This document shows, piece after piece, positions 1-10,918 of a stretch of DNA of 42,786 nt. Position numbers and translations under genes: made by a program. Under the pieces are notes generated by a model. The model worked only from the letters and a program-made list of their open reading frames with translations. It ran no database searches and was not told the origin of the DNA. Each line of letters opens with the position of its first letter. Position 1 is the stretch's first letter. The DNA is from Perkinsus olseni (Eukaryota). The stretch covers positions 1-42,786 of the forward strand of contig JABANN010000285.1 of the NCBI GenBank assembly GCA_013115125.1, given 5' to 3'.

Positions 1-298
1 GAATTGGGAAGACAGCGCCCTCAGCGATCTTGCGTAGGTCGAGGTATTGAGCGCTTCGCTGATTCCTCACACACTCGCCGACGGCGGAGCGACACAACGA
101 CGAGAATCGAGTCCTCGCGAAGAATGATTGAGCAAAAAGGGAGAATGAAGTCGAACGACTTTCTCGAAGTTTAGACGAGTGAAGGGGCTTCAGTGATCGG
201 AGGCAACGACGTGGCCACGAAGGGCCCATCAAAGACTGAATGAGTTCAACTTTTGGCGGCACACGAGGTGTCGCTCAGACTGACACAAAATTTATCGA

Positions 299-3200
299 CT
301 ATCTTCGGCCTTCTTCTCTGCGGGTAGCCGCTATGGTGTCGAAGAGGGCATCGACTTCATCCAGGCTCAACGTACGCTTGATGAGGAAGGCCGAGCTTCG
401 TCGGTCGAGGGGTCGGATCTGGTCCTTGAGGAGCTCAGGCAGGCTCATGAAGCCGCCCGGGAGTTGCTCCCCACCATGATCGAAAGAGTTCACCAACACT
501 CGACTTTCAACGCCAGATTTGCGGCACCACGTACAGGAACGGTCGCGTAGTTGACGAGTCATTGAGAGGCCAGTGGAGAGCCCACACAGGAAAAGTGGTG
601 AAGAGCTGATTACAAAGTAAGGCCGTGGAAAATGCGTGAACACAACAGCGAATCTTTTTCGAGACCTTCATTCGGCGTCGCATGGATGATTTAATTATCA
701 ATGCCGCGCTAGAGCCACCCGCTCCCGGGTCGGCGAGACTAAGAGCAACAGAAGCTTCCCACTTGAACCAAAGGAGGAGTTTAATGACATACTTGTCGGC
801 CCGGCAGGCGCCTCTTCTCCGGCGTCTTCGCTGAGCGCCTTGTGAAGCATGAAAGTCTCCCTCGTGAGAGATTTCAGTCGACTGCTGTACTCGCAAAGTT
901 CGTTGATACCGAGGACCCACACTTCAAAGGCATCTGCAAGGAGCCGATCAGCTTTGTGGACGCCTGACCAGCCCTACTCCTGTTTGGCAACACCAAGTCC
1001 AGTGCGGCACGGGAGGAGCCCTCGCGAAGGACAAGGGAGATGCACCAGCGATGAGCGGTGTTGGTCCCTCCGGCGTCCTGAAGGAGTTCTCGAAGGACCA
1101 TGAGCGAAGACGTGGACTTGCCTTCTCGTGCAGGCCAGGAAACCGTCGTCTCGACGACCTGCTTCGACGACCCTCCGGGCGCGTTGACCAACCCTTGACA
1201 ACTGCTAGGCGGCGATAGCACTGTGACGTCTCTCCAAACTCCACTCGGACCTGAAACCGTCTGCCGGGCACCGTTGAGGCGACCCCCTACTATGTCGGCT
1301 ATTTGCATCATCCGGTGCCGTTTCGCCTTTTCGGTCGGGTCCTCCCAGACGATCTGCCAAGAACCGCAAGGTGTACCTGCCCCAGTGGCGCTCCTTGCCC
1401 AGGAAGGAAAGCCTCGAGTGAACGATGAGCAGTACTGAGTATCTTAAAGACTCGTCGATGAGGTGTCGGTTGACGGGAGAGAAGGCCAGCCCTCGAGGGC
1501 AGCTTGCCCATCGACCAGCCCTCCGCCTTCAGGAGCTTGCATCTGGCAAGCCAAGGCTGCCTGAAGCCAGTGGACAGGCACACTACACGAAGTCGTTCGA
1601 TCTCCTCTGCGTTGCTGAGTCGGGACTGCCTCGGGCTGTACAAAACTGAGAAGAGCCATCAGCCTCTCCCAGGCCACTTCAACGTTACCGGCTCACGACC
1701 CACGACTACCCCAAGCCTCTCCCTTCCCACTGCATCAATAGGTGGGGAGGGAGTCTGACACCCGGACAGGCTGACTATATGGTATAGGTCGCTTTACCAG
1801 TGTCCCACCTTCATCCTATCATCAGCTGCTGCCTTCTCCTGCCGCAGCTGTGATAGCTCACACTCCAGGGTAGCGCATCGCTCCGTCGCCTCATCCAGGC
1901 GTTCCTCCATCTCGCTTACTGAGCACGGAGAGGCAGGTGTCCGGCGTGATTCTCAGCCACCACTACGTCGTTTTTCCTTCCTCATCAGAGCCTCCGTAAG
2001 CTTATCCCGCTCCTTCTGCATGGCCCCCAGCCTGCCGGTCAGCTCCCTCTCCTTGGATGCCTACACAGCTCGCTGTGACCCGTCCCCGGAGTTGGCCCTC
2101 ACCCCTTGGCGGGAGCCAGCCATCACACCAGCGGCCTTCGTTAGCTGCTTCTCGAGGGTGGCGACTCTATTGCACTTCATTTCGTACCTTCCCACCTATA
2201 TTCCGGCACCCAGTGGTCCAAGCCACCTACTTGCTCGAGAGGTCGGTGTAGGTCTGACTGCGCTCGACCATCTGCCGAAAACTCCGAGTCTGGACACCAG
2301 CGGTGACAGCTTCTGAGAAACTGACGCTCAGAGAGGAGATACTCGTGCCACCGCACGCCCACTGCGATGTATTGCTGCCTGCTCTATCATCGCCCCCCCC
2401 GAGGCTTTGAGGAGCACGTGGCCGAGATCCTCCGACGTCACCTTCCCGAGAGCGTCTCTCATCAACGAAACCCAAGTAGCATCATCTATACAGGTCAGTG
2501 GCAAGCCCCGGCTCATATCGCCGGACAACCGACGGAGGTGCTCTTGACGACAATCGTCGCCGTCGTTACTCGCTGTTGCAGCACGGTGCCGGGCTATCAT
2601 CATTTCATCAAAGCAGATCTGCAGTCCAGCCCCAGTCGCCGCTGTGTGCGCTACGCTCAGACCATCACAAGAGCGCCGTACCTACTGTTTGGTGTTGTGG
2701 TATCTCAGAGGCTCACAAGGGCCTACCATAGCGGCAACTATGTTGCAGAATTGCCGTCGTCCGACATCGCTCTCCACCCCAATCGACTGCCTCAGCATTT
2801 CCCCGTCCCTTGCCGGCATGCCTACAGGCCGAAGTCTATTCCCGCAACCGCCATCGCAGGACATGCTGGTGATAACTGGGAGCGACGTACTTTCTTCGCC
2901 GCCGAGTTCCTTCAGAAGCTTTGCCAGTCGCAGCGGACTGTGGCAGCACTTCTTATACAACTGACACAGACGTCGATATCAACAGCTTGGCCAGCCTCAT
3001 TTACTTGGTTCAGAAGCCGATCTCTGAGATGCTCCGGAAGGATGCTCGGCTCCAGTGGACTCTCCTCTCCCTCAGTGGTGCCGATGAGCTCAGATTCCTG
3101 CGGTGATAGAGAAAATTCTTACGAAGAAACCTCCGAAGTGTCTATGCCCTCAGACACTCACCTCGACCTGTACTGCGATGGTCTTCACCTGCGGACGTGC

Positions 3201-3908
3201 TTGAACCTTCCTCTCTGCCGTAGTTGTTCGCCGTTCGGGTACGGTCCCACCCCCACAAGGATGAGCGAAGCACAACGCTGTGTTCGCAGCACCGACCGGG
3301 GTCATCTCCGATACGCCGGGGAGTTCCGGTCCACTCCCGGCTGGTCGTAGCGATTTGACATGGCAGCCGCCTCCGGGCGGCGGGAAGCCCTCAATCGGCT
3401 CCCTCCATGGTAGCCTCGCTGCTGCCCCCTTCCCCATCTCTGCCGCTAAAGTCCCATTGCCAACGAAGGTGCGGTTACACAAGGACACTTCACTTAGTTG
3501 GGACTGGCTGAGCGTCTGGTTCGTACTCAGCAAGAGAGTATCCGGCGACCCCTTATGCGAGGCAGCCTCTGTCGCGTCCTCTTCCTGGACCGTCAGGTCA
3601 ATCAGGTTTATTTCAGCAGCCTCGCCGATTGGCTCAGAGCGTGCATTCTCTGTGGGCCGGAGGAGGGCGCCCGAGACATCCTCTATTTCAGCATTTCCGG
3701 CATCTCGCTGGACCAGTCTCTTAGCATTAGAATTATTCGTGGCGCTTCGATCGGCAGCTGGACCCCCTTCATTCTCTGGCACCAATGCGTCTTGTGCCCT
3801 CTCCGGACCAATAGAAAGCTTTACAGTCTCTATACTAGCACTAAGCACGGCATCGCTCTGACGAGGACCTCTTCCTCCGACGAGGTTGCGAACGTTAGGA
3901 GAGGTCAC
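299..3908 (-). CDS. Multi-exon hypothetical protein with central coiled-coil (could be more than one gene)
   Basis: Successive minus-strand exons with GT-AG ends: a 252-aa low-complexity first ORF, YEMKCNRVATLEKQLTKAAG, KERELTGRLGAMQKERDKLTEALMRKEKRR, and terminal ...LSLDEVDALFDTIAATRREEGRR* at 299. No family recognised. Confidence 0.5.
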
Positions 3909-3974
3909 CGTGACCTGAGGAGGGGCAGCAAGCGTGTTGTGCTGGGGGGAGCGAGCGGGATTTGAAGCAAAACT

Positions 3975-4046
3975 GGGCTGAGCCGAGAATCGAACTCGGG
4001 ACCTCTCGCACCCAAAGCGAGAATCATACCACTAGACCACACAGCC
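3975..4046 (-). tRNA. tRNA-Pro(TGG)
   Basis: Reverse complement GGCTGTGTGGTCTAGTGGTATGATTCTCGC-TT-TGG-GT-GCGAGAGGTCCCGAGTTCGATTCTCGGCTCAGCCC. Cloverleaf with A and B boxes, one T-T mismatch in the acceptor stem, TTTT just downstream. Confidence 0.97.
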
Positions 4047-4244
4047 GATGAAAACCTCTGGACCATGAAACGCCCCACAGTGACTCTGCAGCGCAACCAA
4101 CCTCGTTCTCAACATGATACTCGGCAAACCACAAAGGTGGCTGCAGAACTTCGTTGGTCGTAAGAGACTCCGAACCAATTCCCTGATCAAACAGACTCGC
4201 GGCGACACTACCCCATTTGAGTGTGAAGTTGACACTGTGACCCC

Positions 4245-4962
4245 TTACGCCCGAGGACGCACTGTAGTCTTGGAAACTCCCAGTCCTCGAAGACGAGTCC
4301 GTGGGCGAGGCAAGGTTCCGTTGAGTCCTGCGCATGTGTTCGTATATAATATCATGATAGCCTTCTCCATTGCTGTCGGTGCCTGGCCAGTCGTCACACA
4401 CTCAACGGTCTCTAAGCTTTCAACACATATGCTACTGGCACGCAACAAATCTCGATGCCCCAGTACTTCGATGCTAGCTGCCACGTCTCCAAGGCCCTTA
4501 CCATAAGCCTGCACCGGTGGATTGAGTATCTACCACCCACGCAAATCTATACACACCCTAGCTTGAGCACAAAACATCATAGGGAAGCGCCGCCGTGAAT
4601 CACTCAAGAGCACCTACGTTGGCAGTGGATACGGAATCAGTAGAGTTTTCATCGTTGACGTAGCCGAGCCGTGGGTGCCGGGGAAGGGGGTTCTCCAACT
4701 CCTCGACTGATGTCTCTCCCTGCCACAATTAGGAACTACTAGCGAGGCGCCCGGACAATAGAGCGGTCAGTCAATTCTCATCTGTTTTGGTATTCCGATC
4801 GAAATATCGGCACACCGTTCCCACCTTGCACTCTTCCCAGCACGTAGGGACTGGGTGTTCAACAACCGAAGGCGGCTCCGGCGAGTCTCTAGCGTCGGGG
4901 TCAGAAGCTTTCCGCCGAAGCTGTTTGTATCTCTCTCTCACCTCCATAAGTCGGCTGGACAT
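4245..4962 (-). CDS. Small multi-exon hypothetical protein
   Basis: MSSRLMEVRERYKQLRRKASDPD...EECK|GETSVEELENPLPRHPRLGYVNDENSTDSVSTAN|...AYGKGLGDVAASIEVLGHRDLL...RPRA* with GT-AG junctions. Confidence 0.45.
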
Positions 4963-5670
4963 CGAAAAGAAACTACAAGACATCCGCACCTCGCGACCCG
5001 TAAACGGAAAACCTTCTCCCGTGCAACAACAGCTACCAGGCAGCCGGAGCTGGGAACAGTGAAAGCACTCCAGGCTCCAGTTCATACCGCAGCTGGCTCC
5101 TGCGTATTCACCTCACGCCGACAAATCTGAGCTATGGCAAACGTTCTTCTCATCGGAAGGATATCTGTTTTGCAGTTCGCTTGCCGTTCCCGCACCGTGG
5201 ACACAACAGGTGGCCTCAAACACGAGTATAACCTTGTGCGTACGTACACTGTACGCGAAAATATCGATCCAGCTATGGAGCACGCTGTTGAGTAATACAG
5301 CTGTCTATGCGTGCCACCGCGCAACAACACAGAACAACACCAGAGTGGCACATATGTGACTAAGCCTACGGAACAGTAGTGCTGCTCAGGTCACGGAGCA
5401 CGGGGCGTTAAGGGTTCATGCAGATAGAAGGATCGCTCGAGGGTGGATGTAAAGCAACGCCTTCGCCTATGAAAGCGATGGCCTCTGCAAGCAGATTGAA
5501 CTCGAGTTTGTCATGTCTGGCGAGGCGTCACATATTCGTACTTGCTATAGCCACAAGCATGAATAAAAGGATGAAGCAATGAGAATGTATTCAGCCAGTC
5601 GCTACGGAGTCCTCGACCGTAAACCCAGTGATCTTCAACGCAGACTTCAACCCGAAAGTGCACTCCTAAA

Positions 5671-6499
5671 TTACGCTGATACCATCGACCATCATCGGTT
5701 TTGAAAGCCAGCAGAGGCTACGCCCCAACGAAAAGAAAGAAGGCCTCGAGAGTGCCTCTCAGCTCCAATACCGCTTGGCTGATCCGAACGAAGGGTATGA
5801 CCACTGGTCGGACCCTTCATTCGAAGTGGTCCCCGACAGGCCAGCTTTTATAGCATACGACCCGGCGGAAAAGGTAGACACCCGAGATCACTTGAAAAGT
5901 CTTTGGCCACCGGCGTTCCGCTATCGAGTTTTATCTTTCAGCCGGAGTGCTCCTCTCGTGCTTGTTTCAGAGGGTAGTCGGGAGCTTGGCGTAGAAGTGG
6001 ATATATCCGACATTGGAATGAAGGAGGAGTGGAGGAAGCGAGGAGCCGACTCGGAGATGCTCAGGCAATTCCTCAAATACTAGGGTTAATCGCGAAGCGT
6101 CTGCAACGACTGCCGCGTGGCTCACGACGTAGCTCACGGGTTTACTGCTTAACTCCCTTAATTGTACGGCTGCTGGCCTATCCTTGGGAGCGGATATGGT
6201 TGTCGCACTGTAGGAAAGAAATAGGGGATAGTGCATGACTGGCGGTGAGAAATTCGTGTAGACTATCAGGTCGATAGCAAGAGGCCAAGAATTCAGGAAG
6301 CCCATTTTGAACTGGGCCCAGAGGAGATGTCGCAGGACTGGGACGAACCCTTCAAGAAGGCGGGCTTCAGAATATCAGGTCGCTATTAGTCACTGGCTGA
6401 TGATCATCAGAAGCTGTCGACTATCTCACTTTTGGGGGTTGGGATTCCGACTACGTCAAGCACAAGTTTACCAACAACCTCGACGACGACACGGCCTAA
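5671..6499 (+). pseudogene. GNAT-fold secreted-family paralog 1, probable pseudogene
   Basis: Homologous to copies 2 and 3 (LQYRLADPNEG..AFIAYDPAEK; RVVG/ELGVEVDISDIGMKEEWRKRGADSEMLRQFLKY; VDSKRPRIQEAH...PFKKAGFRIS). It has an in-frame TAA upstream with no ATG, a frameshift after RVVG, and TAG where the paralogs have a GT donor. Confidence 0.75.
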
Positions 6500-6825
6500 A
6501 ATGTCCAACAGTGCTCGCGGCATATCATGAACCGCAAAGAAAATTCACTGCCTACTACGTGTTGGAGTAAATGTGTATGACGGAGTATCCAGAATGATGT
6601 CTGATGCTGATTCTAACGCTCGCCTTCGTTGAGGGTCACTGACACTGCCAGCTTGAGATTAATGGTCCCTAGTCGGGGACTACCAGGGCGTCAAACAGTC
6701 AGGAGATGAGGTGCTAGGAACGCTGTGATGAGAATGTCGAGGCGGCTCCGGTGACTTCCTTCGTGAACTCGCCACTCGGCTAAAGATGGCCTGTCCAGAC
6801 TCGCGATAGAGGCAGCGAAGGGGGG

Positions 6826-6847
6826 CTGCTAGTCTAGCAGTGCTAGA
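6826..6847. repeat. 22-bp inverted-triplication scar (putative hAT excision footprint), 8-mer CTGCTAGA, perfect
   Basis: CTGCTAG-TCTAGCAG-TGCTAGA = N1-7, revcomp(N1-8), N2-8. Confidence 0.85.
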
Positions 6848-6864
6848 GTGACTCTAGTAGAGTC
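6843..6864. repeat. 22-bp scar, 8-mer CTAGAGTC, perfect, overlapping the previous one
   Basis: CTAGAGT-GACTCTAG-TAGAGTC. Confidence 0.85.
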
Positions 6865-6930
6865 GAATTACGAGGACTTCGTTATTCGTTGTCCGAGAAC
6901 TCGCCTCGAAGGATCAGTTCGGCAGACCTT

Positions 6931-7636
6931 ATGATCGCTTGTCGCCCCCTTCGCCTTATCTGCGTTGCCTTCGCGGTCCTACTGTCAACCGTATCCTGCC
7001 TGAAGAGCCAACAGCAGCAAAGGAAGCCAGATGACCTCGAGAATGGAATGACTAACCCTTCTCAGCTTGAACACCGCTGGGCTAAGCCCTCTGAGGGGCG
7101 ACCAGACTACACATTCGTTGCATACGACCCCAAGAAACAGGTAGGAAGCTATTCTTCCTGAGGTTACTAGACTTGGCCGTATGACCGAGTGTCATACTGA
7201 AGCATACTGAGGTCGATGTCTTCAGGATGTAGTGGGGGAGGTTTCTCTCTCTGCAAACGTCAACGTCGAAAAGGTCCGGATGAGCGAAGAGTGGAAGAAC
7301 CGAGGAGCCTTCACGGAGTTGCTTAGACAGATGCTAAAAAACGTGGGTCTATCTGGTCTCCTAAATAGCAACTGCAATTGAATTGGGCGTAGTGCCGTGA
7401 CATTTGTGCTCATTCGCAGGTTCAGAGAGAGAAGTTCAGAATCAAGGAAGCGGTCCACAAGGCTCTCGATAATAAGATTCCAGATGACTTTGAGGAGCTG
7501 TACAAAGAAGCAGGCTTTGAAATTTTCGGTGAGTATAGGTCCTACCGATTTGGTTAAGAGCATCGTTTCAGATGGCGATGGCTATGTTGAAGCTGCTCAC
7601 GATTTCACAAAGTCTGCACAGAAGGTCATTGTGTAG
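6931..7636 (+). CDS. Signal-peptide protein with divergent GNAT acetyltransferase-like fold, paralog 2
   Basis: Four exons (6931-7140, 7226-7342, 7420-~7528, ~7572-7636). N-terminus MIACRPLRLICVAFAVLLSTVSC; TFVAYDPKKQDVVGEVSL...VEKVRMSEEWKNRGAFTELLRQMLKNVQ...FEELYKEAGFEIF follows GNAT motif A/B spacing. Confidence 0.75.
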
Positions 7637-8574
7637 AGTCACTCAGAATAGACTCTCCCACTGCCTCTAGTTGGTCACTGCCTCGCACATTTGAATTACC
7701 TATTGGAAACTTGTAAGTGGGAAATGAAAGATCATCCGAGAGATGTCGGGGATCAGCTGATGCTGCATAGCGCTCTCATATATGTTCACGATACGTCATG
7801 ATGTCCACGGCGCTTGACTTATTTTGTTCGAAGTACTCCAAACTAATGAGCTTGTATCGTAGTAGTGCCGGAGTTACACTCGGGGGTTTAGGTTTTGGTG
7901 GTGAAGTCGAGCGAACCTCTTGCTCGTCTTGCTGCAAGAGGGAATGTAACAGCAGTGCGCTTTCATTAGGACAACAACCGCGTTTCAACGCTCTTTGCCC
8001 CGGGAGGCTGTGACTTTGCGGAACCGCCCCGTAAAGACGCATGTCCTGTGCCATGGGATGGAAGGACTTCCGGGCGACAACAGTCGGCACGCAAGCACGA
8101 AAAAGCGAGCAAGCGAACTGATCGCCTGACTGTTGTGTGCTGTGTTATGTGCTGGACACAGTGTGTCTCATTGCTTTAGCCGCCGGTAGTAATGTGTTAA
8201 CTGTGTTACGTTTTTAATCTGTCGGAGGAACTGTTCCCTCCAACGAGTTGCACTCTAGCACCCTATCAATGATAAAGGGATCGGTGGTGTCGACTGGCTC
8301 AAACGACCAGAACTCTGGAATTCGTCGTTGCTTGCACCGTATCACTGAGTCGTAAATCGTCTACTCACCGCGTGGTCGAAGGCACGCGTATGTTGAATCG
8401 CCCTGCATATTGTCCGTTGCTGATACTGCTTTTCTTAAGTGATGTTCAACTGTCCGCTTCGAACTAACGAACCGTTCGCAGATGCTACAAAGGTTGAAGA
8501 TAGAAGGTTTGATGGCAGCGAAACCTCAGCACCGAACAGAACTGCCGCGAAGACCCGTCGTCATAGCGCAAAAC

Positions 8575-8596
8575 CCGTGCTCAGCACGGCGCGCTG
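8575..8596. repeat. 22-bp scar, 8-mer CCGTGCTG, 1 mismatch
   Basis: CCGTGCT-CAGCACGG-CGcGCTG. Confidence 0.75.
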
Positions 8597-8657
8597 AGTT
8601 GCTGATGGATGATGCACAGAGGACCAGTCACATCAAGCCTTTGCGACAGCGTCTCTG

Positions 8658-8679
8658 CTTGAGTAACTCAACTTGAGTG
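8658..8679. repeat. 22-bp scar, core TTGAGT, 2 mismatches
   Basis: cTTGAGT-AACTCAAC-TTGAGTg. The hexamer triad is perfect; the outer bases disagree with the spacer bases. Confidence 0.6.
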
Positions 8680-8702
8680 GTTACAGAGAGCCTGGGAACC
8701 TT

Positions 8703-8737
8703 GAGGACATGTGCCACATGTCCTCGACCACTGGTCG
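8703..8737. repeat. Two abutting palindromes with 1-nt centres (11-bp and 6-bp arms)
   Basis: GAGGACATGTG-C-CACATGTCCTC (8703-8725) then CGACCA-C-TGGTCG (8725-8737). Confidence 0.8.
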
Positions 8738-8877
8738 GGAAACGATTTGCTATGGAGTTCCGCGCAACCTCGACGCCACAACACATTTCGCCTTTCCAAT
8801 CGATCGATCGCCTCTCGATCGATTACATCGAGCTCCCTAGATTTTCCATCTCTTTCACATCCGCTACCGTCGTTGCG

Positions 8878-9684
8878 ATGATTGCTCACCACCCTAGCTA
8901 TCTCATCTGCGTGGCGTTCGCCCTTCTACCGCTGACCGTTGGATCTCTCAAGAGCCAGAGGCATATCGGAGTGCAAACCGATCCCGAGAAGGGGATGGCC
9001 GACACCCCCCAGCTTGAATACCGCTGGGCTACGCCATCGGAAGGGCGCCCGGACTACACATTCGTGGCTTACGACCCCCAGAAGCAGGTAGGGAGCCTGA
9101 CTCACGCAGGCGTTCTGCATAGAGGCTTGCATCTGTGGTCCAGATAAACAATCTCGGTTGCCATATTTAGGCCATAGTGGGTGAACTGTCATTTACCATA
9201 TTGGCCAAGATCAATGAAGCTAAGATGGACGAAGAACTGGTAGACCGCGGAGTCCCTACCGAGATGCTCGAAGCGATGGTGAAAGCTGTGAGTCCGATTC
9301 GTTTGCAGAGAACCAAGTAGAAGGTTTGCCAAAGGTTGAACAAGTCCTATCACGGGGGAGCTCACTAATCCTAGTCGAAAGCAGGCTTCCTCGGTGTGAG
9401 ACCTGGACTGCCATTGCGCCTACCTAGAGCAGAAGCGAGAACAGACGGCGCTGAGGCAAGCACACTGTCGATCAGATCCCGGGAGTGAAGTTCGAGGTTT
9501 CGGAAGTGGAAAGGAAATGGGACGGCGACGGCTCTTTCGAAGAAGAGGTGTTTGAGGACGTAGGCTTCTTCACCGCAAGTAAGCACAGAACTTCCGAATC
9601 TCAAGAGCTTTTTCTGTTTCAGGTGATGTTTGCGATTATACACTCGTAACTTACAACATACCCCGTCAAGAGAACACGCTGTAG
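8878..9684 (+). CDS. Signal-peptide protein with divergent GNAT-like fold, paralog 3
   Basis: Exons 8878-9087, 9171-9287, 9476-9578, 9623-9684; exons 1 and 2 are the same length as in paralog 2 (210 and 117 nt). MIAHHPSYLICVAFALLPLTVGS...EGRPDYTFVAYDPQKQ|AIVGELSF...EELVDRGVPTEMLEAMVKA|...EVFEDVGFFTA. Confidence 0.75.
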
Positions 9685-10918
9685 GCAGTCAACTGCATCT
9701 GCCGCTGTATGGCCCTTTAGCGTCCCTAATCTCTAAAGACCATCGACCTTCGGGAGTAGTAGTGGCATTATGTGTTGATAGTTGTCCTTGTTCATACCAG
9801 ATGTTATGTACACTTCGCCGCGCTCATGTTTTGAGTCCTTCAGCTTCTTGGTGCGTTTTCTTCCGAACTGTACGAGTTGGCGTTAGCGAATCCTGGACAG
9901 GACCTCATTTTAGAATTGGCGTCGTGGGTTTCAACGAGCAGCGGAATACGGGTAGAAGAGGGCCATTACGGCTCACTTTCGATCCCTTTGAACCACTTGA
10001 AGGGTCCACAAAACTGCGTACCACTTCAACACTACCAGTGCTTGACATAGAACACACCCCACGACTGACCGACCAGGCTTGGGTGTTAGAATGACATCCG
10101 ACGGCCTGTACACAAGCAGTTCATGGACGACAGGACCTTCGTTCTCCCCAATCGGGAGGGCGCTCTCAAACAGGGGCGAATGTTGGGCCATGCGTCACCA
10201 CGAAGATTTCGACAAGTATTTTCACAAACAATGAATATTCAACTGTGAGCAATCGGCGTTGCCAAATACTCAACACCGATAAGCGGCCAAGCTCAACTCG
10301 GCCGCCGCGGTCCGAGCTTTCGGGAGATAGTGTGTCAGGACTTTTAGGAACTTCCGAAGGGGTGGAAGAATGCTGAGCCAAGGTAATCGGACGGCAAATC
10401 AAGCGCATTAGTTCAGCATAGAATGGACTGATGCTACTCTAGAATACGATGCATTATCAGCATTGGCTCAACCGAGGGGCACATTTCCTCTCCTTGACGG
10501 TTGACTCCCCGAAAACGGCCGGGAAAGTTCCCTATGTACCGGCCCACCTGTCCAAGGCGTTTGCGGCTAATCCCAGATGGCCTGGGCCAGGTCACCAGCT
10601 GCTCCCATTCCCAGTACCTCCTAAGACATCGACAAGGAACTACGAGGCACCCATCTCAGCGATACGACAAACGCAAAACTGCCTGTCAGGTGACAACAGT
10701 TGGCAAGCAAACATGACAAAAACAATTCAAGTCCTTAGAGTGGGTTATCCGTATTGTGTTCAACGACTAAGCCACCGCCTGAGCATGCACCTCAATACGT
10801 TAAGGGTTTCTATACAAGTGTTTTGGAAGCCGGGGCAAGAGAGCTCACGCTACTCAGTACCTCTCCTGCAGTTAAGGCTTCCATGAGCTGAGCATCACCC
10901 CTATGCTGGTCGCGGATC

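Noticed and set aside
2367-3350. 327-aa plus-strand ORF and other long antisense ORFs
   Set aside because: Shadow of the spliced minus-strand gene; no recognisable motifs.
7193-7210. CATACTGA-AG-CATACTGA as a retained 8-bp TSD
   Set aside because: Indistinguishable from a 10-bp slippage duplication.
8148-8167. TGTGCT-G-GACACA-G-TGTGTC possible old scar
   Set aside because: Too degenerate and in TG-rich low-complexity sequence.
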